Of a stretch of DNA of 64,000 nt, positions 39,501 to 52,900 are shown in pieces. A program made the position numbers and the translations under genes. Position 1 is the stretch's first letter. Each line of letters begins with the position of its first letter. This DNA comes from Iphione sp. A-MEVVRFRX5 (lineage: Eukaryota). Under the pieces are notes generated by a model. That model saw only the letters and a program-made list of their open reading frames with translations. It had not been told where the DNA came from and did not search any database. The DNA lies in the NCBI GenBank assembly GCA_976226885.1, contig OZ320316.1, positions 75,020,001 to 75,084,000 on the forward strand, in the 5' to 3' direction.

Positions 39501-42500
39501 TGTTTAGTACAAGGCCAACTTCCGAAAGTGTGGTTTAAAAATAGAGACGGAAAATCCAAAGATATTTGTCTAGGAATTAGTCTCAAATACAACAGTTTCA
39601 TCTAGTTGATCTAGACTACAGTTGGATACATGTATTTTTGTCAGGTTGAAGACGCGGCACCTTGCAAAATTGTTAGCAAAGGGAAGACCAACATCATTAA
39701 AAATACATCCATTTAGGTGGGTGATGATTAAGTTGCCATTTTTGGCGGATCTTCCTCACATAGAAAGGTGGATGCACAAGTCGAATTCGTGCCAGCCAAC
39801 AGAGTGCCCATCCATACGGGACCATAGCCCAGCAGATTGCCCCACATGGGCATGAAACAGGTCCGGTCGGCCCTAGGTGGGGGTGGGGTCGTGATTCATG
39901 GGTCCACTTCACGTGGTCGGCTCGCCTGGAGGGCGCCTGCGGGGTGCGTTAGTACGGCTCTACCTGGCGAGGCCTTTGTTCACAGCATCATCGCCACCTT
40001 GATTAATGGTAAACACCACAATGGAAGCCAATTTGTCGTCGGCGGCGATATTGTGCAGCGCCTAGCCGGCCCTAGTGTGTGTAGGAGGTGGCTATATAGA
40101 TGACCCCTACCGATGGCACTAGGGCTGAAATGGACCAGATAAGTCTGGCTTTTATTGGACACGACTGCGTCGCGTGCTGAATCTTTAGCATTGTTGTAAT
40201 TTGTCTGGAATTGGGCAATCAGACCAACAGGCCGAATGCTGCGTTGCTGCCTGAAAAATAGATGATTGCGTATCCTCGCGGCTTGATGACATGGCAAGGC
40301 GGATAGAGCCGCGTAATATGTCAGCTGACACGATGACGAATCGTCTGTCACCCGGCGCAAAAACCACACCGAGAGGGACGTCATTAGATAAGATCAAAAC
40401 ACTGAATCCATATTAGACCGCCTGCCGTGGTAACTGCTGCTTTTGTTGGATAGAGCATCAGTGGAATTCGGCTACAGTCCCCGCTAGTATCGCAAGCCGC
40501 TGCTTGAGATTTATGGTACAGACCAACATTCCCCCAGATCTTCGATCCGAAGCTTGCTCTTCAATAAATATTTCAAAGTTGCTCTCCGTCCTAATGTACA
40601 GTCTCGAGGTACCGTGCGCTAGCAGGGCATGCAATATGCAGCGATCATTTACCAATGAGCACCGGCCGTGCTGCCTGAAGAGAGTTTGAGATCGAGGCCC
40701 TCGCTAGCCAGGCGTCCCCTCATGAAGTAAGTGTGTACGTGTGTGCATGTTCGTGTAGTGGCAGGTGTATAAATGTTCGTGATGGTGGTTGTGGTGTTGG
40801 TGCGTGGTACCGAGCCATGCATCAGACCCACTGACAGCCTGCTGCCGATTCACCATTTGTTAACATGCCACTTATGGCAAGGAGTCGGCCCACTCAATTA
40901 GCCTATCAGTTCTCCTTCACTTGGCGGGACGTTCTTGCATGCCGAAAGCCACGCCCGGTCCGATGTTCTATGCTCTGGCCCCACACTGAGACCTCATGTC
41001 GGTTCCACTCACCGCGAGCACGCCGTTCCGCCAGCTTGTCCTGCTGGCTAACAAGCAAGAGCATGCAGCCATTCAAAAAGCTCCAATCTCTTCCTGTTTT
41101 GTACGTGACAAGAAGGGAGGACGCCACCCTCCCCGCGTGCGGACGATCGGTCAATACGTATAAAGTCGGCTTCCACCAAATGTTCCATTCATTACAAATT
41201 TCTGGATGCACCCAGAGTAGGCTTGCCGTCTTTCATCCTAGGTCCCCGGTGAATTTCATGCTACGTTTCAAAGTGATGAAATCCTGTAGCCATGGAGACG
41301 TTATCATCATGATGAGGACAGTAAAAAGCCATTCTTTGAGGGACTATACACAAGGGGGTAATTTGTCAGAGTTTACATGTCGGTCCATCTAAAAATGAAA
41401 CTAACACAGAATACATTACGATGGCCTAACAAACATTAACAATGCCATGCTTCGTTTAATTTGCACCGATATGTATGCCTAATACACTATGGACTAATAA
41501 ATTGATAAATAAGTAAATATGAGACAGAATGATGGATACCACTCGGGGGGCCGACATTCGAGGTCGAAGCTTTCATGCGGCCTGCGCTCAAGACAACACT
41601 CCTATTAGTCGCTATTGTTGCACGATGAACATACTTTAGTGTCAAAAGCATGTTCTGTGCTTTTCTGTCCCGTCGCTGGCCGCGGACGTTCGCACGATTA
41701 GACAGCTTGAGTGCTGTTTTCAGCAGACACTGGAAGGAGACAATGCAACACGGACAGACCGTCAGTGATGCATGATTGACTGCTATCAAGGGCCATGGCC
41801 TAATGACAAAGCACAGAAAGGCCGTTTAGACTTGCACTGATCCGTGGTTGGCCGCCCGTAACCAGGCCTGGGTAAAATGGCTTCTTTTTATACTACTACC
41901 GTTCACAGCCAGACGCCGTTGCTGATAGGGTGTGGTATCCTCATTAGTTCCTGAATTATAACCTGTGATATAATTACATCGTCTTAGCCATTATGATTTC
42001 AAGAGATCTTCAATGTTATTTAATCCTTATAATCTTTTCGAAAGGTTTCGGTGGACCCAAGAGATAGCCTAACCTAACAGGAAATTACGTTCATGAGCAG
42101 CTACAGCATTAACACTCTATACACGAGTAGTCTAAACCTAGCTAGAGGTGGCTCTAAACCACGAGAATATCAAAACTCTGGAATACTGCACAGCTTAACG
42201 ATAGCCTGTCAGTATCTGGTCGTGACACTACACGTTAGCGACACCTCAACGATGCGGAAGCTTATGTAACGGGACTGTTGCTTATTAAGGGACTAATCCT
42301 GCTACCTCTTGGCCAAGCCGGGCGTAGGGATGTTGCCACTGCAATTAATTACTGGCGCATCGATTCATTGAAGGCTGATAGCTGACTAAGCGCCCGTGTC
42401 TATTTGCTCGTAAAACCCTTTTTATGTGGTCGACCAACGATTTTTGTTCAGTGGGACTACTTTAAGAGAATTATTCTTACGATTTCATGCCTACTGGACG

Positions 42501-44491
42501 GGTTCCTTGCCCGCTATCCCTTTGTTGCTACCTTCAGCACCATCTTAGATAATGTGATTACCAATTGTGCAATAGCAAGTGCGGTGTCTAATCTTTCCAG
42601 CTCACAATTGGATGAGAGAAATTGAGCAGGTATTTGTATTCAGAATACAAACCACGTCCGGTTTAGGATTCAGAGCAAACAGGGAGGTGACCTAACACCG
42701 GAGACAAGTTAATACTTTTATGCCCTCTGTTACTCCATGTGCGGATTCATCCTAATTTGGACACATTCTAATTAAGTTTCGTCTCTAAACGAAATGCAAA
42801 TATTGAGAACCTAAAATTTCATTAATATTCAGATTAAATATTCCTGATCCCGAAGGGCTTTTAAGTATTTTTTCGACAAATACATTTTAATTAGATTAGA
42901 TTACCTGCTAGGGCTATGCATAACGCAGAAAGAGATATGACTCATTGGCTGCTGGTTTTCTGTCAGACTGATCTATTCTACCCCCTGGAATTGAAAAAAG
43001 TGCCAGATGAATGACACGTCTTGATAAGAATCAGTGTGTCGGGTGCGTAACTTGAATAATTCTTCAAAATCGTTCATGAAATGAAATTGAGCAGCATTCT
43101 TCTCCGCAAACTGGAGCCAGGGATAACACGACGAATGGTCTATTACACTTTTATACTACAATCTCCACTTTAACTTCAGGGCTGCAGGCTTCGGCTGTGC
43201 AGGATTGGCTTATGATTATAAGTACGATCCGTGCTTGAAAATTGAATCACGGAACACGGTTTCTTTTTTTCACAGAGGAACGGCTGAAATGTCCAAAGGA
43301 AAGAACATTAACTAATATGGAAGAAATGGACTTGCCCTGTATGCATGCAGCTGTTGTAAAGTACTATATATAACTCTACTTCTCTCAGAGTGTTTAGAAA
43401 ATATGAATGTCTTCATTCGTTGCGGAAACACGTGAAACATTCATAAACTTCACGTACTCTATTCTTTGGAAAAGCAGAACCAAACACTGAAGTGTGCTAA
43501 ATAAGTAAGCAACCGTATTTCCATTTCGCCACCTCACCCGGATTTTGGCGGGAGGCGGTCATCTCCTCCCCACGCCTCGTCTGGTAGCATGCTTGGGGCT
43601 ATTTGCTGGTGTGGAGGCGGATGGACAGCGACGATTGGATGTCACACCCCGGGCCCGGCCCCCGACCGCCAGTCACCCCATCGACGATGCCGGTCATGGC
43701 CGCTGATCACAGGCGCCGGCGCCAAATTACCGACGCTTTGTGCCGCTACCTGTTGTCTGGGATAATTGCCAAACAGCCGGAGGGACTTGGAGATGGGGAT
43801 TAGGTGACCCTCACTATTCAGTTCCCCAGCCACGAAGGGCCCTCACTAGTTAGACGGATGGCAGTCCATTCTGTTCCGCACAACCGAAGCTCTTTCAGGT
43901 CCATCCTTCCTCACCCCTCGCTCTTTCTTTATGCGGTTGCCCTGTCTTAGTGAGACAGACGAGACGAAGGAATGGGCCGGCTACATGATTGGCTATGCGC
44001 TCAGCTATGTGTAAGCGAGAGTGAGGCCAAGTAGGGCCACCCAACGCTCGGGACGTGTATTTGCCCCTCTCACACCACTGCATCCCTATATTACTTCAAC
44101 AGACTTCGGTGATCCCGGCTTACCGGCAATCGTAACCGGATGGGTTCCTTTAAACTTTCATCGCTCTTGTATGACAAACCGGCGTGTTTAATTCCCTAAT
44201 GGATTATTTCGTATGCACCGAACACAGACAAGCCTCCCCATTTGATACATCTACGGCCGAAGTCTATGAGCGGGCGTTTCCCATTCAACTCGGCCCAGAC
44301 TCTTTGAAAACGACCATTTTGGCCCAGGGTCGGTCTCTGTTGGGACGAAACCAGTGGCTTCAATGGTCTCATCGCCACCTGTGGTCTGCATTTTTCTATT
44401 ATTCATCGGGCCGCATTTTTATCATTTGATACTGCGGCTGGCGTACTCAGCGCCCTCTCTCACCACTTGCCTTTACTAAGGTATACTGGCG

Positions 44492-44495
<4 letters not shown>

Positions 44496-44535
<40 letters not shown>
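44496..44535 (+). repeat. (GA)20 microsatellite
   Basis: Direct reading. Confidence 0.97.
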
Positions 44536-44537
<2 letters not shown>

Positions 44538-47500
44538 AGGTTACGTGTCCTAACAATGAGCATATCATCCCTGAATTAGCGGAGGTGACGGGTAGATGCC
44601 CTAGACAGCAAGGCAGCTGGTAAATGTTGCCCAAACTAGCATTGAACTGAAAGTAGTCGCCGAAATCAGAGAGCTTAGATATCCGCCTTCAACATGAATG
44701 TGGTATTATGCTTCCTCGCGGGGAGCCTTAAGCAACAATCGTATCTCGTACTTCAGGGTTATCCCGGCGAGATGGAATTGGATGTTCACCTGTGAGGACA
44801 AACCGACCACACAAAGGAGACGTATAGGATCGACTTATGTGGGTACACATTATACGCCATGGGGGTTAAAAGGGGTTTGGGAGACAGCGGTTTAGTCTGG
44901 ATTAGCATGCTAATTTTGGAACGTCTATTTCAATAGGAAGATCAAGACATTATTAGAAATACATGCAACATTATTGTGTATATACAGTTGGAATACCAAA
45001 GGATTTGTCATATCTACATCGTATATTATGGGCTGAATAGCAGAGGCGCAGACCGAGGGTGAAACACATAAATTTGCTTGAAGGTCTCTACAGACATTGT
45101 CAGTCCTATACATATATCTTTCATAGACGTCCCTCCTAGCAGATATGGTTACATTTTCTACCCTGCGAATCGTATCGGATACCATTAATTTTTAATCCAT
45201 TTCAAGCAATGGCGATACTTATTGTATGATCTAAATAACGTTGTAATCCTGCTCGAGTAAGTTATCAAGAAGGAATTGTTACAAAATGCATTTGTAAGGA
45301 GCACAAGAGCAACATCATATGTTTGTACAATTGTAGAGTGGCATAAGATACACTATACATGTCTTTTTAAGAAACAGTTTATTTTTCTGTATGTCCTCTT
45401 CTCAATCACTGATCTTAAATACATTGTTCACTTTTCAACTAATGCTAACCAGATAATCCGACTTCTTTATTCCTGTCATTAGGTCTTCTATTGTTATGAT
45501 GGGAATCTGTCTGTTGCAAAAGTCTAACTATTCTCTTATCATTCTGTTCTTGTCCTCCCTTTTCTATACCTGCGCCCATTTATGCCGCCCCTTATCGAAG
45601 CAGGCCGTCGCCCTGGAGGCACCCTGGAGGTGCCTTATCCTACCCCGAGGGACGGTCGTATCGACGCCTGCCTCCGTGGAGGGACCCTTCAGTAGAACCT
45701 CCTTATCCTCATCAATCAATAAAGCACGTCGGAGCCCTTCATGGGCGACGACCGCTTCTTTGAACTGGTGAATTTCTCACCTCGCCGTATTGACGGGCCT
45801 GTATCTGAGGGCTGGTCCACCGCTTGGGGACTGCCTCACAGTCGATAGAATCAAGCCGTACAAGGAAGGTATCTACATATATTTTCCACTTTTATCCGCT
45901 CCTTTTCTGCCCCATAAATACCCACCACTAAGCCGCCACTGTCGAACATAGCGAAGAGGCTGATGCGCTCCAGCACCATTATCCGGAGTAGAGCGTCCAA
46001 CTGACGCGACCGTCCAACGGACCTTAGAATTTTGGTTTACAAATGACATGGCCAAAGTGGCCTTAATTGCAGACTGGTGACTTCTAGCCCCAACCCTTTA
46101 CAAGTTTCATGAGGCCTGAGGAGGGAGAGTGGCTGGTTCGGCCATGTTAGTCTCACATTATGGGATTGCGGCAGGGTGCTTTGCCGTGGGTCAGACTTGC
46201 TCGGTACCTCGTCGATGACCCCAGGGCTCATTGTCGCCTGCATACATGCAAAGATGGCCCATGTCACGGCATCTTAAAGTTCAGCTTGCGACGAGGTTAA
46301 GCCCTAACGAAAGTCGTGCAGGCAAGCCTGTACCTTACACTGTTCTTATCGGTATGTTATAACCCTTCCTGCTATTTTCTGGCCGGTAAAATGATGCTAT
46401 GGCTTACGTACATGACCTTTTACGGTGCTTTTATAACTGCACAGGGCGTTTCCTATGAAAGGAAGAGTTTAAACAAGCTGAAGAATGTGTCAGAACTAGC
46501 ACTGAATGAAAATCTGCCAGAATTCCTGATCTAATTAGTGTGTGATGTGTAAATATTTTAGAGGATTAAATTCCATAAGGTTGACAGAAAATCATGCGAC
46601 TTCCTCCTATTTTGTTTAGCTGTATCTCGTGTATAGTAGACAGACACCAGCCATTTTCATCTCGTCCACTATTTTATGCGCACGTTCCTCCTACAGACAT
46701 GGCCCTGTTGATCGGTAGTGCCGGTGAAGGGTCAGCTCAGCCTATGAGAAGGGCGCTAAAGGCCTTTGTTACCCTCGGGTTCTCAGCTATTAGAACGCCA
46801 CGTCCCTACAGGCGAGCGCTAGGGTAAACTGATCCAGCTCCGGCCGGCATCGTCGTCCCATACTTTCCCTCTTCTCCTGCCTGTCCCCCCCTTTTACTTT
46901 CCTTAGAGTCCTTTCCTTGGCCGTACCGGGGGCACCATTGATTCAGGGTACCCGGCTTCGGGCTAGCCTCGCCTTTTAACCCTGGCGTTTACCGAGACCT
47001 GCCAGGGAAGGCCACACAAGGGCCACAACGACCGGCCACTGCAGTTTTCTCTGCAAATGTCCATCAGTCGTGACGCCTATACAAAAAGGCCGTCATTCAA
47101 AGCACTGTCCCCTCATCATGGAGTCTAATGCGTCAAAAACAAGCTCACATTATGGTTGTCCCAAGCTGATGTAGATGACGCAAAAAAATGCGACCTGCAC
47201 TTGAAGTTTACTAAGCAAAACATCAAGGTGTAGAGGACGTGCTATATATACTGATCTTTTTAAATCAGACCCTTGAAGTGTCGGCCTTTGGAGCTATAAA
47301 CGTAGACAAACGATGCTGTCTAGAGTCAAGTCAGCGAGCACTAATGTGATAGGTAGGTCCATTGTTGCTGGCCTCCTCGCCATTCCCTTATAACTGTGTA
47401 CCACTCATTTTCAAGCAGCGCGATGTCCCTTTTTAGCATAAGTGCCCACCACACAGCTATGACCCATTTCACGGTCAGTCACCAGCACACTTCAACGCGT

Positions 47501-47706
47501 AAATTATTCACACAGAACACTATGTTGTTTGCATAGACAGTGTATCTTCGGGAACATTACTGGGGAAATTGCGTTGTTCGACAGAAGAAAGCAATCATGC
47601 GACGGCTGTAATGGGAAAGAGAAATGTACACTAGCTTAAGAACGTATTGATTGGTTTGTATCCTAACACGTTCGTGATTTGTTGAGGAAGGGGTGCATCA
47701 CGCGAA

Positions 47707-47725
47707 GGGCCGCTAGGTGGCAGCA
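47707..47725 (+). promoter_or_regulatory. Candidate CTCF-binding site
   Basis: GGGCCGCTAGGTGGCAGCA matches the core consensus CCRSYAGRKGGCRS. Confidence 0.4.
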
Positions 47726-48596
47726 GATAGTCGGCCCGCAGGTCGGTCACTCGGCGCCCGTTGCCGGCCCCCTCCAGCCTCCTCTTGCTCCCGTCGGCGG
47801 CCTCCTCGCAGCAGCTACTCCAGCTACTCGATACACTTCTGTCACGTTCTGTCAACTTTGCGATTTCTTCGCTAATTCATTTGTCTCGCTCCGTTGCCCA
47901 GGGACGGAGGCGTTGCGACAGAAAGAGGGAAAAAGGGCTGGAAAAGATGGAATGCCGTTCCTGCTGCAGGGGTGCGAGAGGCGGAGGAGTCGGCGTGCGG
48001 TTGGGCGGGCGGGTTAGGCACAGTCACATTCCACGGTCATGCTTCCCTGCCCACCATCGATATAATTCCATGGCGTTGAGAGATGATTAAAAACGGGCCG
48101 TCGTACAATTGATTCTTCTCCTAGAAATTATCTGGCCATGTGTCGGCCGGGCCCCGTGAACCTTTACACAGGTGGCACACCGATTTTACTAGAAGGACGA
48201 GGTTCAAGTAACGCCCGATACACTTATTGATTGGTGCCATCATCTCTTCAGAGCTTGCTTCGCGTTATTAAATGTAGTGGCAGCATCAAGGCGCCAAATT
48301 CTGGTCTGATAGAAGCAACAGTGAAGACCTGAACGATGAATCCAAACAGGAATCGCACTAAAGAGGGTAAACCCACGCAATTCACGGAGAGGCCCCGAGT
48401 AATTTTCGGTAGTTTATAAATACTACTTATGACTAATAGCCTCTTTCACCTTTTATCGGATCTTAGTCAGCTCTATGAATATTGATGATGCTCATCTGGG
48501 GAGTCTCTCCCCTGTCAAACAATGGGTCTTTAAGTTGTATTTGTCTGAAGGTGACAGCGTCTTATAACGAGAGATACCATAGTACATGTACATGTA

Positions 48597-49922
48597 GGGG
48601 AAGGGTGGGTAATTTGGACCCCCTAAGAAAAACATGGTCTAAAGTGAAAATGTGTAAGCCACTGTACAAAAACTTTGCTTATTTTGAAGCAATAGGGGCT
48701 GCAGCATATTTTAACAAACTGGGGGAATTTTAGTTACATTAGTCTTTGAGTAAAATGCAATCGAAACTTTTTTATGATTGGAACAGTTTACCGAACAAGG
48801 AGGGTAAATTGGACCAGGTGTCATAGTCTGAACAGTCAGGTGTAAAATGAATCTAGGTCCTAGAATTGTAAGTCCCATGAACAACAGCATGGCTTTGAAA
48901 GGTTTTGGTCACTATTAGTTGTAATGCCAATTGATTTTTTAAATTCTACCATCAAAATATGTACAACAGAATGGGACCTGCATTCGTGGGGTATTAGATT
49001 CCTTTCATACCTGTTGCTGCAACTTTATAAACTTTATGTACATGTATATTTAAAATGTTTCACTAAACATTTTAAAAACTAGAAAAATTCATTGGACAAG
49101 ATTACCTCTCAAGCTTAAAAAGCTCCTTGCACTAGTGACAGGAGCTTTGTTGATGACCTTCTCGAATACCCGGACAAATTACCACACATCTATACCAATT
49201 ATCTTGTCATTAAAAGTCCAAAATATGTTAAAACCAAAAGTAAATAAATAAAAACCAATAAATGTTTGTCTATTTATCTTTTTAAATGATGCCTTTCATT
49301 TCAATAAAAAAAATACAGTAGAAAAGGGTACATCATGGAGTTCCATAAATTTGCACTACATTTACTGTCTTAGTTCAAAATAGATTGTCTTCATATGATA
49401 GCTCAATGTTAAGACCAAATACAGATACCACAAGGTTTCTCCAAAGCCTGCTTAACAGATAAAAGAAATGGTAATGGTTGTGCAGGTAGATTGGACTGAG
49501 TCAGGTAGTTTGACCAGTGGTCCAATTTACCCTCCCTATAGTGGTCCAATTTACCTACACACCAATCCCCAGGAAAAATGGTTTCTACTCATTTTTGTGT
49601 AGATGACAGAGACTAAACTTGATGTTAGTATTGCTTCTGAGTGAGACAATATTGATATAAATTTATGATAGGGGTCTATGTACTTTCTGCTCTCAACTAC
49701 ATTGCCAAATATAATTGGTAAAATTAGATCAGTGAGACATAAAACGAATAATGTGTCTCAGCTTGGCACATGTTCTTTTGAAGTCACCATTTTTTAGTTC
49801 TGAGACATTGTGTAGTTATATCACTTGTTGTTGGATGGTGCTCATATTCCTTCCTTGCCTGAAAATCAGGGATCTTGATGTGGTCCAATTTAACCACTGG
49901 TCCAAATTACCCACCTTTCCCC
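48597..49922. mobile_element. Non-autonomous DNA transposon/MITE (1326 bp), TA TSD, probably Tc1/mariner-pogo group
   Basis: 24-bp TIRs GGGGAAGGGTGGGTAATTTGGACC (48597-48620) and GGTCCAAATTACCCACCTTTCCCC (49899-49922) differ at one position. TA flanks both ends (48595-96, 49923-24). AT-rich interior with no transposase ORF. Confidence 0.85.
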
Positions 49923-52900
49923 TACATTGTCCTTTCACTTTGCCGTTGGATCTAGAAGGATATAGATGCTGGTCTTGATGAGATGCACTTACTTCCATTC
50001 ACATGTTATTGTATTTTCACCATGCATAAGCATGTAACGAAACCTTAGGCATTTTTTTTCTCTGGTAAAATTGATAGCTGAAGAAACAATACAACGTCCT
50101 GCTTTTACCGATGTAGGAAACAGTACATGTATTAGCTTTCTAAATACACGTTCACTGAGCTTATTCACTATAAAATCCCATGCCAAATATTTCCATGTAA
50201 GAATCGAGCGGAAATAGTAGCGTTACCATGCCAACTGATCCGGGGACTGACTTACGTAGAAAAACTTAATTATTAAGTCATTTTTTCATCACCGAAAGGG
50301 CGCTTTATACATATGGCGTTTTTCCCAGTTGACAGATGATGGGGATGATATAGATGATTGGTATGATACAGAGACGGTTATGGATAGTGTTCCCGCATGG
50401 GTCTGCTATATCCACTGGAGGCGGTCCGCTATCTGTCTACCGCTATCCGGAGTGGGTCCCGACTAATTGTAGTGTGATTCATCCGGATCCCGTGGCTATG
50501 TACGGCGTCACGTCGAGCCAGCGGCCCCCGCATCCGGCGCAGATCCAGATCCCGTGGCGATGCATGGCGATGGCGACTTGACTCTGCTCGGATGATTGGC
50601 CGCCGGCCGTCGAGCACTGCCATCCCTTATCGTGGCCTACGGAGCACGTAAGATGCAGCCATTTACATAACATAATTGGGGTGAAGCTGAGGGTGTCACT
50701 CGCGGGCGATTTGATTAAGAACCGTCACGGGTATCTGTTGGAGCGTCGACAGAATGACGCCTGTCGTACAACCGGCACCGTAGGTCAGGCGCCTTATTTC
50801 GTAGACTGGCCGATGAGCATGTTGCACTACTAGGGTAAACATACATGTGTACAACCCCTACCAAAACAGCGGCTCATGAGGTGGAATAGGTCTGGTTTAA
50901 AATATACGGAAGTGTGTCGTCCCCCTTCCCTCCCTCGTTTTCCTGGCGAGATTCTTTATGAAGCATTCTTATGAGAAACCGCTCCGTTTTGAGCCTCAAA
51001 ACTACCGAGGGATTTTTAGAAGCCGCAGTGGTCGGCGACCGCGGATAAAGGTACTTAGCCTCGCAAGTGATGTCACGTCCCCAGCGCTACCACGCAAAGT
51101 CACGCGTAGATCAGCGTCAGAACGGCCCTCTTGATCCATGGGCCCAAAGTTCATCCATCATGAGCCCGTGACGGGCCTCCATCATCACCGGCCGACGAAA
51201 ATCGCCCCCGAGAAGGACCATTTAATGCCACTGATAGACACACGCGACCGTTGTCAGTGATCGGTCCACCAGCAAACAATTTCTCACACTCCAACGTGGT
51301 TTCTTAATCGCTACCTTAACCCCAACATAACTGCCTCCTCCATGGGACAACCATGCGCTCAAGTACATGCCCGCCAGTGGAGGGAAGTGCGTCTGCGGCT
51401 AAAACACACCAAATATTGGCAATCTGCAAATGAAAACCGACATGGAGATAAGATCCACAAAGACGCGGAAATTGGAAAGTCTGTTTCTCAGAAATTCATA
51501 GACGGTACGTTCGTCTGGTGCGGTAGATAACATTACGAGGGAAGCAGTCGGGCACAGACTGAATGCCGCTCACGGACGCGAAGAGGGGCCGTGGCTGGTG
51601 AGGCCGCAACGCCTTTCTGTTGCCTATCCGGCCATGTCTTGTGCGCCTCTCTACTCGAAATTTGGAGTGGCATTCCATTAGTCTCCACAGTGAGCAGATT
51701 CAAAAGTCAGCTAGGACTCTTGATCCATGAACCTGGAGGGTTTTCATGTGATTAAAGCAATCGCTTGCCATCATATCCCTCCCTCAAATAATGGGCAATC
51801 TACAGGCTGTATTATATTTGAAACGCTTAATTTCCATGTGACTAGACGCTTTATCGCAGTCTAACTTATTGTAAGATCTTTACTGAGAGGCGTCATTGAA
51901 AGTTGAAATACTAGTCGTGGTCTTATTTTTATGTCGACAGTCGAACAAGAAAAACATTGGATATTGATAGTGATGCATATAAAACGGTTCCAGAACCTAC
52001 CCTATATTCTTCCACGAAAAAAGGAATTTAAGGCAGAAATAGAATTTAAGAAAGCAATCCAGGCTACAAACAGACCGATGACTCACAGACTGTAAGAGAT
52101 GAAGGCATGCACTAATGCATCGTCTAAACGGTAATGGCCTCAGCGAAGGTAGTGTTTTGACTGTGTTTATTCAACACAAATGGACATGGCCAGGACTTCG
52201 GGGAACAACCTGCGTGCCTTGCGCAGTGCGCAATGCTTTTCTGCTATCTGCATGGATTCGCCAATCTGCCGAACACAGCTGGTATAATGACGACCTTGGC
52301 AGCCACAATCAACGTCCACGCGAACGGCCCGGCGTGTTGGCGGGAAAACGCAAGGCCCACTGTCCTTGTCGGGATATCCAGGTGAATTCTACCTGGGGAT
52401 GAGAACAAATTGCTTTCGAGGTAAATAGCCCCGGGTCTGGATGTTCTCATGCCATGGTGCTGTGGCTCACCAAAGCCTTTCAGCCCCTAGGCCTATTGAT
52501 CCCATCAATGTGCTTTTATTCACCGTAACCCTAGCTGATAATAATGCTCCCATTTATGCGGAACTATACGACTATTACACAGCTTGAAGCCATGTTGACA
52601 ATATTGTCGTCACTGCTCATTATTACTGGGGACTTTGTGAGCATGAGAGGAGGACATGTATATGTAGACACCGACGGCGGCTAACCGATTCAAATCCATA
52701 ATGTAAGTCCCACTCCCACAGTTCCGAGTTGAATTCATTCTACGTTGCACCACCTGCTTCCTGATGTATGTACCTTTGCAACATGGGAGATGGGTCGGAC
52801 AAGGTCAAAGAGATTGGGTAAAATGACATGACCCTATGAGAGGTACCTAGCGAGGCAGCTGCCTATCCGATTATTCACGCGTCTGCGGCTGAACGAAAGC

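Noticed and set aside
38553-41392. Several 100-175-aa ORFs in GC-rich patches (38602-39012, 39980-40384, 40865-41392)
   Set aside because: Expected by chance in GC-rich DNA; no domain motifs, consistent strand or exon chain.
43100-43210. Possible LINE 3'-end remnant (also near 51660-51720)
   Set aside because: Too short and degraded to support from the sequence alone.
45568-45770. Minus-strand open stretch FKEAVVAHEGLRRALLIDEDK...KWAQ bounded by AG and GT
   Set aside because: Weak acceptor, no recognisable homology and no partner exons; a GATA-rich non-coding element is the simpler explanation.
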